From NCBI GenBank assembly GCA_016293535.1, contig JAEDEB010000002.1:24724-88723 (forward strand): DNA of 64,000 bases, written 5' to 3'. The notes beneath the pieces were generated by a model, which had not been told where the DNA came from, ran no database searches, and worked only from the letters and a program-made list of their open reading frames with translations. The translations under genes and the position numbers were made by a program. Of the stretch, positions 25,321-34,111 are shown piece after piece (position 1 is the first letter of the stretch; every line of letters starts with the position of its first letter). Source of the DNA: Bacteroidales bacterium. GTDB taxonomy: Bacteria; Bacteroidota; Bacteroidia; Bacteroidales; UBA932.

Positions 25321-28300
25321 TTTACGAGTCCGAAATCCTGTCTGTGAGGCAGGAGGCTGTTCTTAGGATATATTCTGGTCGCTACCTGGTACATACCGGT
25401 AGTCTCAGGAAGAACTGCAGCCTGGAAGGTAGCGGTACCGTCGTGAGCATCCACGAGCTTGAAGGTAACCTTCTCCCTGATGTGAAGATTGCCCTTCTTG
25501 TCAGTAGAGGTGAAGAGGAGTTCGACACCTATGTCCTCCGGATTGAGGTCAGCTATGTTGAGCACGACCTCGGAACGGATCTCGTTGTCGGAATCGAGCA
25601 CGTATGTATCGTCCGGATGGGTATATGATATGACCTCGACGTTCTTCCATGAACGGAGGACACCCTTCTTCCATGCAGCGATTTCCCTTGCCATAGCAAA
25701 ATCGTTGGCAATCATCTTCATGCTGCGCTCTGACTGAGGCTCATAATACTGTTTGCAGTAATCCGTGAGCATACGGTTGGTGGTGAAGTTGCAGGCCACC
25801 TGGGCAATGGTGTTCTTGATGTATCCCACCCACTCTGCAGAGCGTCCGGTATTCCTGTCGGTATTGTAGTATGCAGGGGCGATTTCGTTCTCAATTATAT
25901 TATATATGGTAGCAGAGTCGAGCTCGTTCTGGTATCCCTGGTCGTCGTAGGTTCTTTCCATAGGCAGAGCCCAGCCGGCTCCCTCCCTGTATCCCTCGAC
26001 CCACCATCCGTCGAGGACGGAGAAGTGCATCACACCGTTCATCGAAGCCTTCTCTCCGGATGTTCCGGAAGCCTCCTGAGGACGGGTAGGGTTGTTCATC
26101 CAGACATCCACACCCTGTACAAGCCTCTTGGCGAGGGTGATGTCATAGCCAGGCACGAAGACTATCTTGCCGATGAAGCGAGGCTGCTTGCTTATCTCGA
26201 CAATCTGGCGGATGAGGTCCTGACCGGCACCGTCGGCAGGATGGGCCTTGCCCGCAAAGATGAACTGTACAGGATGTACAGGGTCATTTACAATGGAATC
26301 GAGTCTGTCAAGGTCGCTGAAGAGCAGGGTGGCTCTCTTGTATGTCGCGAATCTCCTTGCGAAACCTATGGTCAACACGTCGTCGCGCAGGGTTTCCTTT
26401 ATGGTCACGATCTGGCGAGGAGAATAGTGACTTGCTATCTGAGGGTCAGAAAGTCTCTCCCTGATTACGTCTATAAGGGTCTTCTTGAGGAACTTCCTCG
26501 TGTTCCACACCTCCTCGTCTGAAACCGCATAAATGCCCTCGAAGCACTTGAGGTCATAGTGATGGGTCTTGAACTCAGGTCCGAACACCCTCTCGTGTAT
26601 CGCCTTCCACTCCTTCGCCGTCCATGTCGGATAGTGGACGCCGTTGGTAACGTAGCTGACGTGATTCTCTTCAGGCAGGTAACCCGGATACATGGAAGCG
26701 AATATCTCCTGGCTCACCTTGCCGTGGAGCATCGATACGCCGTTCACCTCCTGAGAGATGTTCGCCGCAAGATTGCTCATGGAGAACTTGGCGTTCACAT
26801 CGTAAGGGTCGTTCTTTCCAAGGCTCATGAGAGTTATCCAGTCTATCTTGAGCTGTTCCGGAATCTGGCCTATGTACTGGCGGAGTATGCCCTCGTCGAA
26901 GGCATCGTGACCTGCCGGAACAGGGGTGTGGGTAGTATAGAGGGAAGAAGCCCTCACTACCTCCATGGCTTCCTCGAAGCTGAGATGGTCGTTGTTGACA
27001 TACTCACGGAGCCTCTCAAGACCTATGAAAGCCGCGTGGCCCTCATTGCAGTGGTACACCTGAGGGTTGAGTCCGAGGGCACGGAGGGTGCGGATTCCGC
27101 CTATTCCGAGAAGAAGCTCCTGCTTGAGCCTGTTCTCCCAGTCGCCGCCGTAAAGCTGGTGGGTCACCTGACGGTCCTCAGGAAGGTTCTCATCGAAATC
27201 GGTGTCGAGAAGATAGAGGTCCGTGCGTCCCACAGCCACCTTCCATATACGTGCCTGCAGGGTCCTTCCCGGGAATGCAACCTGCACCTTGAGCCAGTTT
27301 CCGTCCGCGTCGAACACCTGCTCTGCAGGTATCTTCATGAAGTCCTGTGGAGTGTACTCCGCAACCTGATTGCCCTGAGCCGTGAGTTTCTGGTTGAAGT
27401 ATCCGTAGCGGTAGAGAAGACCTACGGCCACGAGGTTCACGTTCATGTCGCTGGTTTCCTTGAGGTAGTCACCTGCGAGGATTCCGAGACCTCCCGAATA
27501 AATCTTCAGGGAAGTGTCGAGTCCGTACTCCATGCAGAAATATGCAATCGACGGATCCTTTCTTTCGGCCTTTGCCGCCATATATCCGTTGAAGTCGTCC
27601 ATCACCTCTCCGAGCATCTGGAGGAAGGCCGCATCCTTGCTGAGCTCTTTGTATCTCTTTATGCTGACACGGTCAAGTATGACCATAGGATTGTGTCCCG
27701 ACTTGTGCCAGAGCTCAGAATCAATATACTTGAACAGCGCCTTTGCGTTGTCATTCCAACACCACCAGAGGTTCTTGCAGAGAGTCTCAAGGCCCGAAAG
27801 CGCCTTAGGCAGATGTCTGGTTACCATTACGCTCTGCCATTTCGGCGAGTCGATCTCTATTTTCGTGTACATGCTCTTTTCCTTTTTTGCTGCCATATCG
27901 TAGATGGCGGTATTAATAACTTTTGAAAGTGCCCTGCTATAGGCCTCCTTGTAATATTCTATCTGATTCTTCCACAGTGCGATGTCCGCAACGTCCCTTG
28001 CCGAGTCGCTGTACTTCTGCCATTGGGCTGCGGAGAGGGATGCCATTTCCTTCAGCCTTGCGGTCACAGCTCCCACGACCTCGAAATAATTTGAATCGTT
28101 CCTTTCAACCACAGTTATGCCCGGATGCTCCTTCCGATAGCGGTCGCGCACCCAGAGCCCGAAGCCGGCAAGACTCGTCGTCAGCGTAGGAACGCCGAAG
28201 GCAAGACTCTCGAGCGGGGTATAGCCCCAAGGCTCATAGTATGAAGGGAAGAACGTGGCGTCAAGACCGATGAGAAGGTCATAATAGGCCATATCGAATA

Positions 28301-29552
28301 TCCCGTCGCATCCGTTGAGATAGGACGGAATGAAATAGACCTTAAGCTTGTCGCCGGGTTCATTGTGAAGTCTGAGTTCGTCAAAGCGGCGGGTTACCGC
28401 ATCCCATTCGGGGTTCATCAGCACATGCGAAACCTGGGTCGTATATTCTGCGCTTCCGACACCCCCGAGCTTTGCCAGCAAAGCCCTGTCCGGTCCGTGA
28501 TGGCCCGAAGGTATCATTATGAACGCGTGTACCGTCCTCGATGAGTCGGGGCTCTCCCTGTAACCCGCGAGGGCATCGATGAATACGTCCAGACCCTTGT
28601 TGCGGTATTCGTAGCGGCCGCCTATGCCCACGAAAAGATCATTCTTTCCGACCGCCTCCCCGCTCATCGCAGAAGCCACCTCAGCCAGACGTTTTCTGGC
28701 AGCCTTGCGCTTCTTTGCGTATTCGGTCCTGGTGGAAGGAGTAAAACTGTCCTCGAAGCCGTTCGGGGTCACTACGTCCACATTCCTGGAAATGAAATGG
28801 GCGCACTCCCTTGCCGTCGTATCGCTCACGGTAGTGAAGACGTCGGCATTGAGGGCGGAATTCTTTTCCATCGAGTGGATTGCGACGACATTGAATCTGC
28901 GGGCCATTTCATCCGCATTCAAGCTGTCCATGTCGTCATAGAGTCTCATGTTGTTGCCTGCAAGACAACGCCCCATCATTGTCGCGTGCGTCGTGAAGAC
29001 GGTAGCGACAGGAAGCCCAGTCCCCTTGAGATAAAGAAGGCCCGCGCCTGTCTGCCACTCGTGGAACTGCGCCACCACCTTGTCTCCGGGATAGAGGTTG
29101 AATCTGCAGAAGCTCTCTATGACACGCCCCGCGGCATAGCCGAAAAGTGCAGACTCCTTGTAATCCCAGTTGCCTGTGATGGAATCCACTCCGAAACGCT
29201 TCCAGAATTCGGTCAGGATTTCATTCTGATGCGAAATAAAGCTCTTGAAGTCCACGAGTATGGCATAAGGCCTGCCCGGAACGTTCCAGCGCCCCGTGCG
29301 GACCCTTATGCCCTCGGACAAGGCCTGGCTCTTCCATGCCTTGAACAGGGTGGGATCCTCCAGAAAATCTGGATTCGCATCAGTGTTCATCCATACGTCC
29401 GGTCCCACGAGGATATGGTGTCTTCCAAGTTCGGTACTAAGGTGGAAGGCCTTCGTGGCAACCACAGTGTAGATACCTCCTACTTTGTTGCAGACTTCCC
29501 AGCTTACTTCAAAGAGATAATCCGGACGTATAAGTTCGTTTTTTACTGTCAT
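25311..29552 (-). CDS. Fusion protein: GT3 (eukaryote-type) glycogen synthase + GT35 alpha-glucan phosphorylase
   Basis: 1413 aa. Residues 1 to ~550 begin FEVSWEVCNKVGGIYTV, the GT3 glycogen synthase hallmark. Residues from ~560 on contain the alpha-glucan phosphorylase N-region (LWWCWN, AYFCMEYGL) and the PLP-lysine motif EASGTSGEKASMNG. Confidence 0.85.
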   Translation of the reverse strand: MTVKNELIRPDYLFEVSWEVCNKVGGIYTVVATKAFHLSTELGRHHILVGPDVWMNTDANPDFLEDPTLFKAWKSQALSEGIRVRTGRWNVPGRPYAILVDFKSFISHQNEILTEFWKRFGVDSITGNWDYKESALFGYAAGRVIESFCRFNLYPGDKVVAQFHEWQTGAGLLYLKGTGLPVATVFTTHATMMGRCLAGNNMRLYDDMDSLNADEMARRFNVVAIHSMEKNSALNADVFTTVSDTTARECAHFISRNVDVVTPNGFEDSFTPSTRTEYAKKRKAARKRLAEVASAMSGEAVGKNDLFVGIGGRYEYRNKGLDVFIDALAGYRESPDSSRTVHAFIMIPSGHHGPDRALLAKLGGVGSAEYTTQVSHVLMNPEWDAVTRRFDELRLHNEPGDKLKVYFIPSYLNGCDGIFDMAYYDLLIGLDATFFPSYYEPWGYTPLESLAFGVPTLTTSLAGFGLWVRDRYRKEHPGITVVERNDSNYFEVVGAVTARLKEMASLSAAQWQKYSDSARDVADIALWKNQIEYYKEAYSRALSKVINTAIYDMAAKKEKSMYTKIEIDSPKWQSVMVTRHLPKALSGLETLCKNLWWCWNDNAKALFKYIDSELWHKSGHNPMVILDRVSIKRYKELSKDAAFLQMLGEVMDDFNGYMAAKAERKDPSIAYFCMEYGLDTSLKIYSGGLGILAGDYLKETSDMNVNLVAVGLLYRYGYFNQKLTAQGNQVAEYTPQDFMKIPAEQVFDADGNWLKVQVAFPGRTLQARIWKVAVGRTDLYLLDTDFDENLPEDRQVTHQLYGGDWENRLKQELLLGIGGIRTLRALGLNPQVYHCNEGHAAFIGLERLREYVNNDHLSFEEAMEVVRASSLYTTHTPVPAGHDAFDEGILRQYIGQIPEQLKIDWITLMSLGKNDPYDVNAKFSMSNLAANISQEVNGVSMLHGKVSQEIFASMYPGYLPEENHVSYVTNGVHYPTWTAKEWKAIHERVFGPEFKTHHYDLKCFEGIYAVSDEEVWNTRKFLKKTLIDVIRERLSDPQIASHYSPRQIVTIKETLRDDVLTIGFARRFATYKRATLLFSDLDRLDSIVNDPVHPVQFIFAGKAHPADGAGQDLIRQIVEISKQPRFIGKIVFVPGYDITLAKRLVQGVDVWMNNPTRPQEASGTSGEKASMNGVMHFSVLDGWWVEGYREGAGWALPMERTYDDQGYQNELDSATIYNIIENEIAPAYYNTDRNTGRSAEWVGYIKNTIAQVACNFTTNRMLTDYCKQYYEPQSERSMKMIANDFAMAREIAAWKKGVLRSWKNVEVISYTHPDDTYVLDSDNEIRSEVVLNIADLNPEDIGVELLFTSTDKKGNLHIREKVTFKLVDAHDGTATFQAAVLPETTGMYQVATRIYPKNSLLPHRQDFGLVKWL

Positions 29553-29567
29553 TTATGATACTACTAA

Positions 29568-30866
29568 CTACTGTTTCTTTTTTGCGGGCCTTTTCTTCAC
29601 GCCCGGTCTGTTGATAGGTTTGACTATGACCGGCTTTTCTTCCGGTTTTTCCTCCCTTGCGTCCGAAGTCTTGAGCTTGTCGTCGAGCCTTATCGAGAAA
29701 TCGCTCAGGACATTCATATAGTTGATGAATGCCTCATACGGCGTATCGTAAGGGTTGAAGTACTTGTGGACATCTCCGTCGGAGAAGAACTTCGTGCACA
29801 TATAATAGAGGTGGTCACTTTCCTGCAGGTGGGAATAATCAGTCCAGAGGATGTCGTCCTTGGCAAGGGAAACCTTCTCCGCAAGGCCATAGAGCTTGTT
29901 GAAGGCATCCTGCTGCAGTTCGTTGCCCAGCCATGCCGAAAGGTCGCGCTCCTCGTCCGCCCAGGAGATAGGGTCCGGAACGGAAAGCTCACCCACTGCC
30001 GCGTGCTTCTTCGCCGCCTGTGCCGGGGTCACGAACTCGAAGGTTCCGTCAGAGATGACGGTCTGTGGAAGATGACGCATGAACTCGAATATGCCGGTGT
30101 TTGCCGACTGGTGCTCACCTATGGTCTCGTAGTCCATGAAGAGATTGATAACATCGCTGTCGTCAGCCTTGAGCCATGAAAGGTATTTGTCGCAGTCCAG
30201 AGGCCATTCGTTCCATCCCCTGTTGGAGAAGCGGAAGGCGATGTCGTCGCTGAGCTTGCTGTTTCTGAGCAGGAGCTTGAGCTTCGGTGCGCCTACGCCG
30301 TTGTAGACGTAGCCCGGGCTCCTCCAACCGAGTATATGCTTCGCGCCCTCGGTGAGCATTGCCTTGAATCCCATATCATATACCTGACGCCCGATTGCAT
30401 CGGAATAGATGAGCTCGGTATTCCTGAAGGTGACTGGAGTGACTCCGAAATACTTCTCTATAGCCTTCCTGTGCAGATCCGTCTGGAATTTGAACATCTG
30501 AGGGGAGGCGAGGGAAGCCAGAGAATGGTAATAGGTCTCGCAGAGGAACTCCACGCAGCCCGTTGCAGCCAGCTCCCTGAAACTGTCAATCACCTCCGGA
30601 TAGTGGCGGTCGAACTGCTCAAGCACTGAGCCGGAGATGCTGAAGGCCACCTTGAACTTGCCGTCGGATGCCTTGATAGCCTCGAGGAGCATCCTGTTGG
30701 CCGGCAGATAGCACTTGTCCGCAATGCGGCGGAGTATGGTCCTGTTCGCAAAGTCGTCAAAATAATGGGAGTCCTTGCCGATTTCGAAGAATCTGTACAG
30801 GCGCAGCCTTGTAGGCTGATGGACCTGGAAATAAAGACAGATACTCTTTTTCATATTTGGTGTCAT
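29568..30866 (-). CDS. Glycoside hydrolase family 57 protein (alpha-amylase/branching-type)
   Basis: 432 aa. N-terminus ICLYFQVHQPTRLR... and overall layout are typical of Bacteroidales GH57, with a basic Lys/Pro-rich tail. The start may instead be Met5 (30854). Confidence 0.75.
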   Translation of the reverse strand: MTPNMKKSICLYFQVHQPTRLRLYRFFEIGKDSHYFDDFANRTILRRIADKCYLPANRMLLEAIKASDGKFKVAFSISGSVLEQFDRHYPEVIDSFRELAATGCVEFLCETYYHSLASLASPQMFKFQTDLHRKAIEKYFGVTPVTFRNTELIYSDAIGRQVYDMGFKAMLTEGAKHILGWRSPGYVYNGVGAPKLKLLLRNSKLSDDIAFRFSNRGWNEWPLDCDKYLSWLKADDSDVINLFMDYETIGEHQSANTGIFEFMRHLPQTVISDGTFEFVTPAQAAKKHAAVGELSVPDPISWADEERDLSAWLGNELQQDAFNKLYGLAEKVSLAKDDILWTDYSHLQESDHLYYMCTKFFSDGDVHKYFNPYDTPYEAFINYMNVLSDFSIRLDDKLKTSDAREEKPEEKPVIVKPINRPGVKKRPAKKKQ

Positions 30867-32167
30867 TTCTTTGCTGATTCATTGATCGCGTCCTGATATA
30901 TGCCCTTTATCTTGGCAGCGACCTCATTCCACTTGATTGCATTGACCTCATCGTAACCCTTCTCCGCAGCCATGCGGGCCATGGCCGGGTAGTTCAGCAG
31001 GGCATAGATGGCGTCAGCCATTGCATCCACGTCCCAGAAGTCGGTCTTGATGGCGTACCTGAGTATTTCCGCACATCCCGACTGCTTGCTTATGATGGAA
31101 GGGACATAGGTCTGCATGGCTTCGAGCGGAGAAATTCCGAAAGGCTCTGAGATAGACGGCATCATATACACATCCGAGAGCGCGAACATCTTCTGGACAT
31201 CGGCTCCGCGAAGGAAGCCTGTAAAATGGAATCTGTCGGAGATGCCGAGCCTTGCGACGTGACGTATGCACCTGTTGAGCATATCTCCGCTGCCGGCCAT
31301 CACGAAACGGACATTTTCGCAGCGCTTGAGAATCTTCGCCGCGGCCTCGATAAAGTACTCCGGACCCTTCTGATAGGTAACACGCCCGAGGAAGGTCACG
31401 ACCTTGTCCTTCACTCCCCTCTCGACGACCAGATTCTTCCTTCCGCTGAAGTCCACGGCGTTGTGGACCGCGAAGACCTTGTCAGGGTTGATTCCGTACT
31501 TGTTGATGCATATGTTCCTCGTCAGCTCGGAAACCGCCATCACCTTGTCGGCCGCCTGCATTCCCCTGGTCTCTATGTCGAGCACACGGGTATCGATGTG
31601 GTCGTCGCTGGCACGGTCATAGGAGGTGGCATGGACGTGTATGACGAGCGGCTTGCCGCTGACCTGCTTTGCCGCCATTCCGGCGAGGTAGGTAAGCCAG
31701 TCGTGGGCGTGGATTATGTCGAACTGCCCCTCGTACTGCTTCGCAATTGTCGCTCCTACGAGGGCGTAGCGCGCAACCTCCTCCATCAGGTTGGAACCGT
31801 ATTTGCCCGAGAACTTGAACTTCTGTCCGTAGCGTATAGAGAATTCGTCGCGGGTCATGCTCTTCTCCGCTTCGACTATCCTGTAGAAATCGTCAGGGTC
31901 CATATACGGAACCATATTGGAGCCCACCTGGACGAACTGGACCTTCCCGAGGAAGGACTCGACGTTGTGGTCTACGACATCGCAGGCGACATCGCTCGCG
32001 TTGATGATCTTCACCGCGCTCTCATCTTCGTCTCCTGACGCCGAAGGCATCACGAAAAGGACATCCACTCCGTTTGCGGCCAGGCCCTTGGTCATTCCGT
32101 AGCAGGCTGTTCCCAGACCGCCTGCAATGTGGGGAGGAAACTCCCATCCGAACATCAGTACTCTCAT
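30863..32167 (-). CDS. Glycosyltransferase family 4 (glycogen-cluster associated)
   Basis: 434 aa. N-terminal GGLGTACYG motif and GT-B E-x7-E motif (SEPFGISPLEAM). 4-nt overlaps with both neighbouring genes. Confidence 0.8.
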   Translation of the reverse strand: MRVLMFGWEFPPHIAGGLGTACYGMTKGLAANGVDVLFVMPSASGDEDESAVKIINASDVACDVVDHNVESFLGKVQFVQVGSNMVPYMDPDDFYRIVEAEKSMTRDEFSIRYGQKFKFSGKYGSNLMEEVARYALVGATIAKQYEGQFDIIHAHDWLTYLAGMAAKQVSGKPLVIHVHATSYDRASDDHIDTRVLDIETRGMQAADKVMAVSELTRNICINKYGINPDKVFAVHNAVDFSGRKNLVVERGVKDKVVTFLGRVTYQKGPEYFIEAAAKILKRCENVRFVMAGSGDMLNRCIRHVARLGISDRFHFTGFLRGADVQKMFALSDVYMMPSISEPFGISPLEAMQTYVPSIISKQSGCAEILRYAIKTDFWDVDAMADAIYALLNYPAMARMAAEKGYDEVNAIKWNEVAAKIKGIYQDAINESAKK

Positions 32168-34104
32168 TTGACAGCCTCCTTGTTTACATTGATGAGATAT
32201 TCACACTTGAGCAGGGCTGCAGTCGCGCAGGCTGAAGAAATCGCACCGTGAGGTTCATGAGGCGGATTCCCGTCATAAAGCTCGGAGAATGCGCCTACGC
32301 CGTGCTTGTTGATGTCCTCATAGAAGCCCTCGACAAGATATTCAGCCCTCTTTATGAAGTCGGCACCCTTTATGCGGAAGCCCACCTCGATGTAAGGTGC
32401 GAGCAGTTCCGTCCTGGTGCATCCCTGATGGTATGCAAGGTCACGGTCTATCTGCGAGCCTTCGTAGACGCCCCTGTACATGATGTTCCGCGGGGACAGG
32501 GTTCTGATTCCGCGTTTGGTGACGAGTTCGGACTTCATGGTTTCCATAATGGATATCTTGGCCTCGTCGTCAATCGGAGAATAAGGCACGTAAACAGCTA
32601 CAAGCTGGTTAGGACGAACCTCAGGCTTCTGGCCGGCATTGTCCACATAGTCGGAGAGGTAGCCGGTATCGGCCTTCCAGAAAATTTTCTGGAAGCTCTC
32701 CTTCGCGGCGTCCCTGACAGGAATCCACCGGTCCGCGAAGGAACGGTCCTTCCTGTTGTATTTGAGTTCCATGTCTATGGCATAGCAGAGGGCATTGTAC
32801 CACCAGGCATTGGTATCGACCTGGTATCCTGCCCTTTCGGTAACGGGATTCCCGTTTATGTATGCGTTCATCCAGGAAAGAGCCACCCTGTCCATCTGAG
32901 CCCAAACGAGTCCGTTCGGATGGAGGGTCACCTCAGCCCTGCGGCCCGGCGCATAGCTCTCTATGACTCCCTTGAGAGTCTCCCCGTATTTTCCCCATAC
33001 ACGCTTCTCGCCACCCGCAAAGGCGACGTACTGCTGAAGCACGTCTGCCAGACGGAGCGGAGCCTCGACCTGGGTCGTTTTATGGAAAAGCCTCTCCTGC
33101 TCATCCTCTATGAGATTGTCGAGTATGTTCTCGAACTCGGTGCAGTCCCCGGTGGCGAAAAGCGTCAGTCCCGGAAGGGCCATGAGCGTTTCGCGGAGAA
33201 GTCCCGTCGCCATCCATGAGAAACCGGCGGTAATCTGTTCGCGGCCGCCCCTGCAGCGCTTGAGCAGATGGGCATTCCTGACAAGAAGGTCGTGCATGGA
33301 ACCTATGACCCCAATCTTCGCCAGATTGGAGTTGAACCTCCTCTTGAGCTGTTTCGGATCCGCCTCCTCGACTGATGCCGAGAAGATGAACGAATCCCCC
33401 GGCTTCATTTCCAGAGTGAAGATACCTGGAACCCAGAGATCCTCCTTGCAGTCGAAACCGCGTCTGTATTCGTCGGAATAGGTTATTCCGTCATACCAGT
33501 ACGGCTGCTCGCGGAAGTCGGCGGCGCAGCTCAGCTGCATATTCAGGTCCGGATAGCCCCTGTACATCCTGTAGGATACACCGCCGGGGATGCGGGTGCA
33601 TCTGGTATCCACGTCCTGATTCTCATGGGTGAGGGTGTGGATGTTCCTGAACGCAAGGAAAGGCTTGAGTTCAAGAGTCAGTTTCGAAGGGGATTCGAGC
33701 AGGGAATACTTGATCATCACCTGATCGGAATCCTGAGCGAGCAGAAAAGTCTTCGTAAGAACCACCTCGCCCACCTTGTAGGTGATTTCCGGGGCGCTGT
33801 CCGCGTTGAAGTCAACGATATACTTGTGGCCGCGCGGCTCGTAGACATTGTTGTAATTGTGGATACCGAGATTGAACTGCCCGCCTCCGAGAATGATGCT
33901 TTCGTCGAGGGATGAAAGCAGCATGTGGCAGTCGCCACCGAAGTTGTCCACAGGAACGGCAAGAAGGCCGTGATAGCGGCGTGTGTTGCAGGATACGATT
34001 GACGTGTTGCAGTATGCGCCGGTCCTGTTCGCGAGTATGATCTCCCTCTTCAGGGAATAGGACAGATTCACCAGCTCGGATTTGTTGAACTTCAGCAAAG
34101 CCAT
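32164..34104 (-). CDS. Glycogen debranching enzyme-type protein (GDE N-terminal domain + amylo-alpha-1,6-glucosidase-like domain)
   Basis: 646 aa. N-terminal NRTGAYCNTSIVSCNTRRYHGLL is typical of bacterial GDE-family proteins, and the C-terminal part looks like an (alpha/alpha)6 region. Confidence 0.8.
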   Translation of the reverse strand: MALLKFNKSELVNLSYSLKREIILANRTGAYCNTSIVSCNTRRYHGLLAVPVDNFGGDCHMLLSSLDESIILGGGQFNLGIHNYNNVYEPRGHKYIVDFNADSAPEITYKVGEVVLTKTFLLAQDSDQVMIKYSLLESPSKLTLELKPFLAFRNIHTLTHENQDVDTRCTRIPGGVSYRMYRGYPDLNMQLSCAADFREQPYWYDGITYSDEYRRGFDCKEDLWVPGIFTLEMKPGDSFIFSASVEEADPKQLKRRFNSNLAKIGVIGSMHDLLVRNAHLLKRCRGGREQITAGFSWMATGLLRETLMALPGLTLFATGDCTEFENILDNLIEDEQERLFHKTTQVEAPLRLADVLQQYVAFAGGEKRVWGKYGETLKGVIESYAPGRRAEVTLHPNGLVWAQMDRVALSWMNAYINGNPVTERAGYQVDTNAWWYNALCYAIDMELKYNRKDRSFADRWIPVRDAAKESFQKIFWKADTGYLSDYVDNAGQKPEVRPNQLVAVYVPYSPIDDEAKISIMETMKSELVTKRGIRTLSPRNIMYRGVYEGSQIDRDLAYHQGCTRTELLAPYIEVGFRIKGADFIKRAEYLVEGFYEDINKHGVGAFSELYDGNPPHEPHGAISSACATAALLKCEYLINVNKEAVK

Positions 34105-34111
34105 ATAACGA

